39,944 bases of DNA from a virus (Duplodnaviria > Caudoviricetes): IMG/VR virus record IMGVR_UViG_3300033407_000052, positions 1-39,944 of that record; one strand, given 5' to 3'. The translations under genes were made by a program, and so were the position numbers. Under the pieces are notes generated by a model. It had not been told where the DNA came from and did no database searches. It worked only from the letters and a program-made list of their open reading frames with translations. Below, in pieces: positions 24,192 to 33,900 of the stretch (positions are counted from its first letter, which is position 1; each line of letters opens with the position of its first letter).

Positions 24192-24758
24192 ATGCCAAAA
24201 TTTGTAAGACAGGGTGACAACACCCTAATAGGAAATAACACCTTTGAAGGCGACGACACTTTCAGTGGTACTACTACCCATTCGGGTACGCTAGATATTA
24301 CTGGAACGCTTGAATTAAGTGGAACGGCTTTAACAGCTACCGCCGCTGAACTTAACAACGCAGCTGACAACTCAGCAAACGTTGAAGTAGTAACTGCTAC
24401 TAACGTAATCACTGCCGCCGAATCAGGTAAGACATTTTACCTAAGCGCAGTGGCAGGGTTTGAATCTACCCTACCAACCGCAGCCGCAGGACTTAGATTC
24501 AAGTTCGTGGTTAAAACCGCCCCAACCTCTAACGGCTATACCATCACTGGTACGCCAGCAGCTAAGATACAGGGTTTAGTCTCGTCTAATGGTGCAGAAA
24601 CTGAAGCCAATGGTATTCTGGCTGCCGATGAAGATAACGTAATCTTCGTTGCTAACCAAGCTCTAGTAGGTGACTATGTAGAGTTCAACAGCGACGGTAC
24701 TAACTGGTACGTTTCTGGTATGGTTGCCGCATTGGCTGGCTTAACGGCTAACACCTAG
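24192..24758 (+). CDS. Putative head fibre / decoration protein
   Basis: 'LTATAAELN', 'ITAAESGKTFYL...LP.AAAGLRFKF', 'SDGTNWYV'. Confidence 0.6.
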   Translation: MPKFVRQGDNTLIGNNTFEGDDTFSGTTTHSGTLDITGTLELSGTALTATAAELNNAADNSANVEVVTATNVITAAESGKTFYLSAVAGFESTLPTAAAGLRFKFVVKTAPTSNGYTITGTPAAKIQGLVSSNGAETEANGILAADEDNVIFVANQALVGDYVEFNSDGTNWYVSGMVAALAGLTANT

Positions 24759-24771
24759 GAGTAACTTAAAC

Positions 24772-24799
24772 GACCCTATGGGAATAAGCTCATAGGGTC
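24772..24799 (+). other. Intergenic hairpin (stability/attenuation)
   Basis: gaccctatg / catagggtc perfect 9-bp stem. Confidence 0.6.
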
Positions 24800-24815
24800 A
24801 CAGGAAAGGAATATT

Positions 24816-25328
24816 ATGCCTACAATCGGAGAACTATTAAACTCAAAGTTTAACAAGGCTTCAAAGGCGCAAACTCTAACGGGTAGCAATGAAACTGTGG
24901 CGACAGCTTTGTTTAGGGTTACGGGTACAGTTAGGGTTACTGAACTATATGCAGTAGTTACAACGGTTCTTGGCTCTAACGTGACAGCTGCTTATTACCG
25001 CCTAAACGACCAAACAGCCCAAGTAGACATCACCCTAAGCACTGGTACTACGTTGTCGAGCATAGCAGTTGGCTCTACGATAGTTCGCAGGGCTTTGGCG
25101 ACAGCTGCTGTTTCAGTCTATAATGCGTCCGCTGGGCGGATTAGTGATACTTCTGGTGGAGCTGGTACGCAGGTAATGCAGTCATTCATTGCCGTTCAAA
25201 AGACCGCAGGAGTAAATACAGATATAGAATTTGTCTACTCAACTACTAACACTCCCACTTCTGGTGTAATTCAGCACTTTGTTGAGTGGCAACCGCTATC
25301 TGACGGAGCAACCTTAGTAGCCCTGTAA
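24816..25328 (+). CDS. Putative virion structural protein
   Basis: Thr/Val-rich beta protein in the structural cluster. Confidence 0.6.
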   Translation: MPTIGELLNSKFNKASKAQTLTGSNETVATALFRVTGTVRVTELYAVVTTVLGSNVTAAYYRLNDQTAQVDITLSTGTTLSSIAVGSTIVRRALATAAVSVYNASAGRISDTSGGAGTQVMQSFIAVQKTAGVNTDIEFVYSTTNTPTSGVIQHFVEWQPLSDGATLVAL

Positions 25329-25375
25329 ACGTAGTGGCTAGGGGCAATCCCGCTTCTAGCCTATAATGGAGTAAC

Positions 25376-26971
25376 ATGGAACCCATTCAACGCATAGCGC
25401 AAATAAACGCCGATAAAGCAGCTAAGAGCTTAGAAGATAAGCGGTATACCGAAGGTCAGCTGGCTAATATCCAGTCCCAAGAAGTAATTGTTAGGTCTTT
25501 TAAGTCTTTAGTTGATTTTTTAGATGGCAAAATTACCAAGACACAGGTAGTAAACCAGATTAAGAGTGTCGCTACTCCTGATGCCCTAAAAGTAGCAGAT
25601 GCGGTCAATGACCTACACAAAACCCTAAAAACCCATAAGAATACCGACCTAAGCGAAGTCACTAAGGTTATGAAGGGTATCTTAGCCGAGTCTAAAAAGA
25701 TACCTAAACAACGCCCTAAGCCCGAAAAACAACAATTTATAGACTACACCAAGCAGTTTAAGGCTCTAGGCCAAGCGGTCAAAGCTGTTGAAAAGGTAGT
25801 CAAAGCCCAGAAGCTGATCGCCGAAGCCCCGATAGTCAATGTCCCCGAAACTAAGGTACAAGTAGACGCACCCGACCTAAGACCCCTCCAGGACTCCATA
25901 CGGGACGTTGTAAAGGCTGTAACCAAGATAGTCATACCAAAGTACAAAACTGACAATAAAGAGGTAGAGAAGCTTATAAAGGCTTCGAACAAGCTACTAA
26001 AGGGTATCTTGAAGAAACCCGTTGGCGGTGGCGGTGGCGGAGGGCAAGCTTGGACGGCTGTTAATCCATCAGGTATTCCAATGCCACTTAATCTAGATGC
26101 TGATGGCAACCTGAAAATTGGTGCCACAGACCTAGATATTCGCGATCTAGACAGTGCAACAGACTCAGTAACAGCCGTGCCACAAGCCTCTGTTCCCTCT
26201 ACCGTTAACTCCACCACCACACCCCTAGCAGATAACGCTACCTTTACGGGGACTTGGGAAGACATTACAGATTATGACTTTATCGAGGCTACACTTTATA
26301 CTGACCAAAACTCAGCTACTAACGGTGCTAAGCTACAGTTCTCTACCGACGGGGGGACAACAACCGAGAAACAACTAGCCAACACCCTAACGGGGGGACT
26401 AGGGGCGTACAGTTATTCAATCCCAGTAACAGCATTTACCCACTTTAGAATCGTCTATACAAACGGTGTTGTCACCCAGACTGCATTTAGGCTAAGGGTA
26501 GTCAAGCAAAAGGGGTCTTCTCCAGTACCCATCGCACCCTTGGGAGCGGGGATTGATGCTACTTATTCAGCCATGCTTACGAGAGCAGTGCTGGCTGGTC
26601 AGCTTCCTAGCGGGGCCGTACAAAACCTATCGGTTAATGCCAGCGGTTATCAGGAGATAGCTATCGCTGAACACGACGCAGAAACTCCTATCAAGGCTTT
26701 GACATCGATTAAAGCTACTCAGCAGACTATCGCCACCACCGCCACTCAGATTACCTCTAGCCCTCTTGCTAGTAGAAAGACCATATCAATCAAACTTAAA
26801 TCCTCAGCGACTCAAAAGGTCTATATCGGAGAAGATAACACAGTAACTATTTCAACAGGGTATGAATTAAACGCTGGCGACTCAGTAGACATAGAGGTGG
26901 ACGGTACTTCTACTATCTGGGCAATAGCCGACACTTCATCTCAAACAGTATGCCTAATGGAGATAGCGTAA
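25376..26971 (+). CDS. Bipartite putative virion protein (Lys-rich helical N-half, Gly linker, beta-rich C-half)
   Basis: Sharp composition change at GGGGGGG. Confidence 0.65.
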   Translation: MEPIQRIAQINADKAAKSLEDKRYTEGQLANIQSQEVIVRSFKSLVDFLDGKITKTQVVNQIKSVATPDALKVADAVNDLHKTLKTHKNTDLSEVTKVMKGILAESKKIPKQRPKPEKQQFIDYTKQFKALGQAVKAVEKVVKAQKLIAEAPIVNVPETKVQVDAPDLRPLQDSIRDVVKAVTKIVIPKYKTDNKEVEKLIKASNKLLKGILKKPVGGGGGGGQAWTAVNPSGIPMPLNLDADGNLKIGATDLDIRDLDSATDSVTAVPQASVPSTVNSTTTPLADNATFTGTWEDITDYDFIEATLYTDQNSATNGAKLQFSTDGGTTTEKQLANTLTGGLGAYSYSIPVTAFTHFRIVYTNGVVTQTAFRLRVVKQKGSSPVPIAPLGAGIDATYSAMLTRAVLAGQLPSGAVQNLSVNASGYQEIAIAEHDAETPIKALTSIKATQQTIATTATQITSSPLASRKTISIKLKSSATQKVYIGEDNTVTISTGYELNAGDSVDIEVDGTSTIWAIADTSSQTVCLMEIA

Positions 26972-27447
26972 TGGGCTGGATTACTGACCCCATAACCGTA
27001 CAAGCTAAAGGTGGCAGGGTGTTTACTAGCGGTTCGGGGAGTCTTTTACTAACCACGGCCACAGGTGGTTCAGTGTTATTAAGCAACCCAGTAGGAACTG
27101 GCAAAAGGTTGTACTTATTCAGAGTAGTTTTATGTGCAGAGTCTAAGATAATTTTACACGCTGAGATGCGGTATAACCCAACAACTGCTTTGCCAACAGG
27201 CGTACAATCAATATCTAACGTTTTGATTGGTGGTTCATCCAGTATAGCCACGGTAAAGTCAGAACCGAGTGCCTCGTTGCCCAGTGGAGGTCAGACAGGG
27301 ATGCTAGGATTCCACGTTCCCGTGACTGGGATAGCAGATTACACTTTACCTCCAATTATTGTCCCGCCGGGCAATTCGGTTTGTATTATTTTTCCTAAAA
27401 TAGCGACGCTTATTACTTGTGACCTATACTGGTTTGAAGATATATAG
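26971..27447 (+). CDS. Putative structural protein
   Basis: GGAG RBS, ATG 26971, 'PIIVPPGNSVCI'. Confidence 0.6.
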   Translation: MGWITDPITVQAKGGRVFTSGSGSLLLTTATGGSVLLSNPVGTGKRLYLFRVVLCAESKIILHAEMRYNPTTALPTGVQSISNVLIGGSSSIATVKSEPSASLPSGGQTGMLGFHVPVTGIADYTLPPIIVPPGNSVCIIFPKIATLITCDLYWFEDI

Positions 27448-27455
27448 GGGGAACT

Positions 27456-28385
27456 ATCGCTACTCGAAAAAGAATTAAAAGCTACAACCCAAACGTCACT
27501 AACCCCGGTGGAGGTGTTGGGACTGTCGGAAACTTGCTTTGGGGGCCAGACTTCGGTGAAAGTTCAGATGGTAATACCTGGACAACGGGAGTATCGGTAG
27601 ACTTACCATCCCTTGCTTTAGTAGGTAATAAGGGCGTAGGCGTGAACGTAGCGATGCCAGCTTTGGCCCTAGCCGGAGGCAAGGGAGTTGGGGTTCACTG
27701 TGCCGGAACAGCTTTGGGTGCTCCCTTCTACCAATCCGTACAATCAGCCGACTCTACTGGCTCTGCGACTAGTCTAGTAGTAACTGCTCCTACCAGTATG
27801 GACAGTACCCAAAAAGACATCTTAATTGCTTTTGTTTGTAAGATGAATATTGGCGATGATGTAACTTCAACAGGCTGGACTAAAATCCTTCATACCTCTC
27901 GACTAGGAGTTTTGAACAACTCAGTAACTTCATTTTATAAGGTAGTAACAGGCTCAGAACCAGCCGACTATACCTTTTCTTGGACTACTGCTGGAGCTTC
28001 GTTTGCTAGTATCCATCACGTTAGAGGGGCAGATACAACGGGTACTCCTATCAACGTATCGGGAGGGAATAATGCCTCAGCAACCGACCCTGTAGCTCCT
28101 ACCATTACCACCACAGTAGATAACTGTATGCTTTTTGTAGCCTGTGTTCAGAACTCGGCAATCGGTATTACCTATACCCCTCCGGCTGGCTATACCGAGA
28201 GAACTGACCAAAACGGGCTTGGGGCAGCCGGAGCTCATTTGTTAGATGGTGAAACAGCCCAAAGAGTTTTAGCTGCTGCCGGGGCAACTGGTACACAGAC
28301 GATGGATTCTACCGCCCTGGCAGCCTCAGACTACTCAGCTCAACATCTAGCGGTGGCCCCGGGGCTAATCACTTTGGCTAGTTAG
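27456..28385 (+). CDS. Putative virion adhesin-like beta protein (start uncertain: ATC 27456 or TTG 27534)
   Basis: 'EPADYTFSW', 'APTITTT' and 'PPAGYTE' motifs. Frame open from 27438. Confidence 0.6.
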   Translation: MATRKRIKSYNPNVTNPGGGVGTVGNLLWGPDFGESSDGNTWTTGVSVDLPSLALVGNKGVGVNVAMPALALAGGKGVGVHCAGTALGAPFYQSVQSADSTGSATSLVVTAPTSMDSTQKDILIAFVCKMNIGDDVTSTGWTKILHTSRLGVLNNSVTSFYKVVTGSEPADYTFSWTTAGASFASIHHVRGADTTGTPINVSGGNNASATDPVAPTITTTVDNCMLFVACVQNSAIGITYTPPAGYTERTDQNGLGAAGAHLLDGETAQRVLAAAGATGTQTMDSTALAASDYSAQHLAVAPGLITLAS

Positions 28386-28400
28386 TGGTATAGTATGAAT

Positions 28401-28568
28401 ATGGAAACCGCCCTGAAACTGAAAATCGAACTCAAAGAAGCTTGGATGTATATTGCCAATCCAAAGCTAAGTATTGATGAGGCCGTAGATGTTCTTAAAG
28501 AACTCGGGAATAAAATTATCAAGATAGATAAAAAGAATCGCAGGATTCTAGTAGCGGAAGGAAAATAG
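28401..28568 (+). CDS. Small protein (55 aa), possibly leaderless
   Basis: TGgTATAGT at 28386-28394, ATG 6 nt downstream, fills the gap. Confidence 0.5.
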   Translation: METALKLKIELKEAWMYIANPKLSIDEAVDVLKELGNKIIKIDKKNRRILVAEGK

Positions 28569-28569
28569 C

Positions 28570-28992
28570 ATGGCATCAATAGTAGTTAATAATGGGCTTG
28601 CTCGTATCGGGGTTCAGGCTTCACAGGCTACATCAGGAGCGGGTCCAACATATAGTGCCTCCAGACAAATCCAAGTAGGGTCAGTGGATGACTCGAGCGT
28701 AGCTTTTGCTGCTGGTGATACAGCCCTAAATACGGGTGGAGCTGTCGCGACAATGTTTGATCAGGTATTAGTAACGCCAACTCGCACCGGTCAGGTCATA
28801 ACTCATACCTGGACGATAGCAACAGGCTCAGGAAACTTTACGATAAGACGGATTGCCTTGCATGATGATACGACTGCCAACGTTTCGGATTCCTCAGCGA
28901 CTCTAGTAGCCGGAATTGATGGGCAGACCTTGACTAAGACCAGTGATTTTACTTTGCAATTAACTGTTACCCTGACATATACCTCTGTGTAG
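28570..28992 (+). CDS. Putative tail/structural protein
   Basis: 'IVVNNGL...TLTKTSDFTLQLTVTLT' pattern of tail-associated beta proteins. Confidence 0.55.
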   Translation: MASIVVNNGLARIGVQASQATSGAGPTYSASRQIQVGSVDDSSVAFAAGDTALNTGGAVATMFDQVLVTPTRTGQVITHTWTIATGSGNFTIRRIALHDDTTANVSDSSATLVAGIDGQTLTKTSDFTLQLTVTLTYTSV

Positions 28993-29015
28993 TTGAAGGG
29001 GTTGTAGACCAAGGC

Positions 29016-29135
29016 TTGACATTATTGCCTAAGTTTGTTTAAATGCGGTCATGAAACCAACGGCAAAAATAGTATCAGTAATACGAAGCGACAGCTTTTC
29101 TTTGCCGTTGGGCTGTCGCTTCGTGGGACAGATAT
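29016..29135 (+). promoter_or_regulatory. Moron promoter and alternative-stem leader (A-B-A'-B')
   Basis: TTGACA at 29016-29021 (weak -10). A 29057-29067 / A' 29101-29111; B 29083-29095 / B' 29112-29124. Confidence 0.65.
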
Positions 29136-29708
29136 ATGAAAAAAATCCTTAAGTGGGGATTACTAATTGTAATTGCCTTCACTATCTTTATAGCTGGGGG
29201 CAGGATAGGTAGCTATGGCAACGCAGTTATCAACGGCTATCCGCCACCAACGAGCTTTGTCAAACCTTTAGAGCAAGACCCTCAGTTAGTCGAGGTCGCT
29301 AACCAGCTAGGCTTGGATATAAGCCATGTCAATCTTCGCTATAACCCTGAACTAAAAGCGAATGGTGAGGACGCTATCGGTGTGTTTACTTGGCCGAATA
29401 CTATCGAGATTAAACCAGGACTAGGTAATGAAGAAAAAGTTACGATAGCCCATGAGTATCTGCACTTTGTCTGGGCTAACCAGAGTAATGCCGAACGTGA
29501 AGCTGGTACGAAACTTTACCTAGATTACTATAATCAAAGTGCTTGGATGCAGAGACGGCTGAGTGAGTATCAAAACTGTAATGATGAATGTATGGCAAGC
29601 GAAGTCCATAGTTACGCTTGTACGGAGATTAGACCGTACCGATTGACAGATGAATTTAACCGTTATTGTAACTCCCACATTCCAGGAAGATATTTACTTT
29701 TTAATTAA
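29136..29708 (+). CDS. Membrane-anchored/exported HEXXH zinc metallopeptidase-like protein (moron)
   Basis: N-terminal signal/TM, 'TIAHEYLH', downstream 'SEVHSY', four Cys. Confidence 0.7.
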   Translation: MKKILKWGLLIVIAFTIFIAGGRIGSYGNAVINGYPPPTSFVKPLEQDPQLVEVANQLGLDISHVNLRYNPELKANGEDAIGVFTWPNTIEIKPGLGNEEKVTIAHEYLHFVWANQSNAEREAGTKLYLDYYNQSAWMQRRLSEYQNCNDECMASEVHSYACTEIRPYRLTDEFNRYCNSHIPGRYLLFN

Positions 29709-29818
29709 TCTGGTATAGTAGAGTCAGCAAGACCAACTAGCCGTGCCTTTGAGCAGCTAGAACACTCATTCTTGAGGAAACTGGAAGCTAATTAATAATT
29801 AGTTTACAGGAGTTTAAG

Positions 29819-30922
29819 ATGCCAATTAGAGATTTGTATAATGACTTGAAACAAAAAGCTGGGGGTGATTTAACGCCTGGGGTTGACGTTAGTGCTGGGG
29901 TTGACCAGTGGCTTACGGGAAGAGACAGAGATATTTTCCCTAGATTTTCACTTCCAGGTGGTGACAGGTCTCCAGCAGGGCCTGGGAGTCCTACGGGAAC
30001 TGACGGTAGCCCCCAGGATACTTCTCAGGATTCTTTCTCTCAACAGGACATGGCACGCCTCAACAGCCAACAAAGGTATAGTGGTGGCGGTGGTGCTGGA
30101 GCAGGTTCCAATTCTGATGACCTAGCTTACTTAAGCGATCAGGAAAGCCAACTAAGGCAATTACTACAGTCAGCCCAGAACACCCTATCACAAGGCTTAA
30201 CCAACCTCTCCGATAGTTACAATCGTGAGCAAAGTTCAGCTAATCAGCAACGAGGCAGAGCTTTGGAAAACTTCGGCATACAGCGAGAAGATACCACTAG
30301 AGGCAAGAATCAAGCACTAGGGGGCGTAGATAACAACGCCCGTACTCTGAACGACAGCCTAAGACGTATGCTTGGTATGGCTTCGGGTACAGGGTCATCT
30401 GCTTACCAGTACGCAGCTCCTAACGCCGTAGCCAGACTAGCCTCACAGAATAGAACAGGTGTACTTAGTGATTACGGTGCTAACGAACGAGACTTAGCTT
30501 TATCTGAGGATCGAGCTAAAACTGATTTTGAAGAGTTGCTAGAGGACTTAGCTAGACAACGAAGCCAGAAAGAAAGCGACCTAAGAGCTGGAGTGGCCGA
30601 GCGAGAGCAAGGCATCCAAAGAGACTTAGGAAACGTAGCCGGAGAGCGAGCTAGGTTGATGGGTGGCGGTTACAATCAGATACGGTCAGCCCAACAGCCA
30701 TTCCAAGACGCTATCGGCAACCGACAGAGTGAAATAGACTCACTGTTCGATAGGTTTAGAAGCCCTCAGTACAACGTAAATCCAGTTAATGTCCAAACAC
30801 CACAGTTGAGGGATTACATGGTGGATAGACAGGCTATAAACGCCAACAACCAAGAACCATCACGCTATAGCCCATATCGCCAGTTTTTGAACCCAAGAGA
30901 CGAAGAAGAACAGTTAGGTTAA
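29819..30922 (+). CDS. Putative internal virion / ejection protein
   Basis: Gln/Ala/Gly-rich coiled coil without Cys. Extended -10 TGgTATAGT at 29711-29719. Confidence 0.6.
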   Translation: MPIRDLYNDLKQKAGGDLTPGVDVSAGVDQWLTGRDRDIFPRFSLPGGDRSPAGPGSPTGTDGSPQDTSQDSFSQQDMARLNSQQRYSGGGGAGAGSNSDDLAYLSDQESQLRQLLQSAQNTLSQGLTNLSDSYNREQSSANQQRGRALENFGIQREDTTRGKNQALGGVDNNARTLNDSLRRMLGMASGTGSSAYQYAAPNAVARLASQNRTGVLSDYGANERDLALSEDRAKTDFEELLEDLARQRSQKESDLRAGVAEREQGIQRDLGNVAGERARLMGGGYNQIRSAQQPFQDAIGNRQSEIDSLFDRFRSPQYNVNPVNVQTPQLRDYMVDRQAINANNQEPSRYSPYRQFLNPRDEEEQLG

Positions 30923-30926
30923 ACCA

Positions 30927-33900
30927 ATGGCTTTTAGCCTTCGTAATTTCCTAGAAGAAGCCTACGCTGAGGTCAACCCTTTCGATGGGGGCAAGACTGC
31001 GACGACTATTCGAGCTAACCGAAATATCCCCCCAGCCCAAACCCAAAGAAGGTATGCCCCTGGCTCTAGTGTCAGAGGAACGGCTGCTCATCGACTAGAC
31101 CAGATACAGGCTTCTAAGATTCCTCAAGGTTTAAGTCGTGGTAGCCGATTGGCTGAAATGGCAGCTATTACTAGCCGTGATACTCCTTTGACTCCGGTCT
31201 CCACTCCTACACTCAATAACTTGAGAAATGCTACAAGAGAAACTTTTAGCCAGCGTAACCCAGTAGTAAAGGGTATGCAGTCAGTCCCTAGAGGCATAGA
31301 GGAGGCTAGTAGAACCCTGCTCAGGACTGGCTCTCAACTAGCCCCTATCAAACCTAATCGTATGCCGACATTTGACGCTCCTGCGCCAACCGGACTTCAC
31401 CGAGCATTAGTAGGGGGAGAGTCAAGCTTCACCGGAGAGCCAGGTATCAAGACTTTCCAAAGCCAAGGGGAAACCTTAAATAAGAGTCTGACAGGTGCTG
31501 GCTACCCTGGACTAGGAAAAGCTGCCGAAGATTATGCGCCTGTCGTGGGCTTTGGTTTGGTAGCCTCTGATTTCGTTACTGGTGGTGGAGGTTCACAACT
31601 GACAAAGCAACTCGCCAAGCAAGGAACGAAACAAGCCGTCAAACAAACTACTAAAAAAGCTGGATTGAATCTAACCGATGATGCTTTAGAACTAATCGCT
31701 AGAACCAAGAACAAGGGAGAAATAGACAATATTCTCCGTAGCGAATTAAAACCTAAGCCAACTACTAAGTTAGTGCCTCAAGCCACCTCCCCACAAGTAG
31801 GTAAGACAGGTAAGGGAGTGGGCGAAACTCCCCTATATAGAGGCATGACTTCTTCTGAGTGGAATGATATACAGAATGGCGGAGTAAGTGCTAACAAGAA
31901 AACGGGCAAGGCGTTTGTGGGTGCAAAAAGCGACGCTGAAATGACTGTTGAAGCTCATTCAAGAAGTGGCAAAAAAGGTAATGTGGTAGTTGAATACAAG
32001 CCAACAGCTAGAGGTAAGTTAGTAAGTGGCGAAAATCTAGGGACAAATACAGGCGGTAACTTGCCAGGCGAGTATCAAGCTAAAGGACTTGGTCTTTCAG
32101 ATATATCAAAAGTAACTGACGAAAACGGCAAAGTAATATACAGAGATTCCGCCCAACCTAAATCCCCTCCTATAACCCCCTTTGAACAAGACCTACAAAG
32201 AGCAGGGATTAAACCCACCCAAGCCAGAGTCCCATCCCAAACAAGGCGAACCCCATCAGTCCAGCCGCAGTCTTCCCAAATAGCCCCTCAACCAGTTGAT
32301 CGAGCTGGTAGTAAAGGTACATCCCCAACCCAGCGAGGGGCAGGAACAGGAGAACCAATACCAGGTCAGAAGCTTCTTCCATCTCCTGAGACTATACAAC
32401 TAACTCCAGCTCAAGCCAAACAACGCTTCAAGTCATTGAATAAGCAGGGCCGACCATTTGAAATCTCTAACCCGCAAAAAGATGTAGGTTACTTTACAGT
32501 TTCACCTAACGGAACAGTCAAAAAAGGTAAAGATGCCTTTAACATCAAAATCAAGCAAAGAGGTACTGAAAAATCTATTGTCGTTGACCCGAACAAGCCT
32601 TTACTGGATATAGACCCGAACAATATCGGGCCAGTCAAAGACATCACTAACTACGCAAAAGGCCTAAAAGACTTCTTTAGAAATACTGAACGGGTATTCG
32701 GCTCGATGGGCGAGAAACCCTTAAAAGAAGTTAAGGAGCAAGTTCTCAACCCGTTTGATGATAGCAAGGGTAAGTTTATAGATACCCAAAATCAGTTACT
32801 AGATGAATTAGACACCACGATAGTTAAGGGGCTTGGCATTAAGCCCAAGTCTAAGATGTCGGCTGCCGTGCAGACATTTGGAGAAGGGCTAAAAGGCGAA
32901 AAAGAAGTCGCTGGTCTAGTTGGAAAATTCGGACGAGACAAGGCTGTCAAGATCATCGAAGCGGACAGGTTCTTTAGGAGCAAATACGACTCGCTCTTAG
33001 ATGAGATAAACAAAGCCAGAGCCAAAACCTACCCTGGCCAACCCGATAAACTAATCCCTAAGAGAGGTAATTACTACCGTCACTTTACGGAACTTCAAGA
33101 AGGATTGGGGGCAATTAAGAACATCTTTGACACTCCTGCCAACATTGACCCCTCACTGGCTGGAGTATCCGATTTCACCCAACCCAAGAGCAAATGGCTG
33201 AGTATCGCTCAGAAACGGCTAGGCAATAAGACGGAAGTAGACGCAGTTAGCGGATATTTGAACTACGTCAGACAGGCTTCCTATGCTCAGAATATCGACC
33301 CCCACATTAAGCGAATACACGACCTGAGAGACCAATTAGTAGATTTGTTCCCAGAGGGCGATGTCCGCCGAGGTTCATTAAACAACTACATTGAATACCT
33401 GAGTGACTTCGCTAACGAACTAGCTGGTAAAACCAATCCCGCCGATAGAGTGGTACAAAAATTCATCCCAGGCGGACGGACAACTTTCAGAGCTATGGAC
33501 TGGATGAACCGTAGGGTGAAAGCTAATGTTATCTTAGGCAACGCCTCAAGCTCACTGGCACAGGTATTTAACCTCCCCCAGGGAATTTCTGACGCTGGAG
33601 TAGGAAATGCCAGCAAGGGGCTTCCCAACGCTATTAGAAGTATCTTGGGGCATAGCTCCCCCGCCGATAATTCTACATTCCTAAAAGAACGCTACTTTAA
33701 GGGTTATGACAAGTTTGACAGTGGAATTTTAACCAAGCCTAAAAAATTCGCTGCTTGGATGATAACCGTTGGTGATGAAATAGGGACAAAAATAATCCAT
33801 AGCGCAGAGTACCAGAAAGCCCTTAAAACAATGAGTCCTGCTGACGCTATTAAGTTCGCAGATAACCAGACTCGTAAAATGGTAGCTGGTAGGGGAATTG

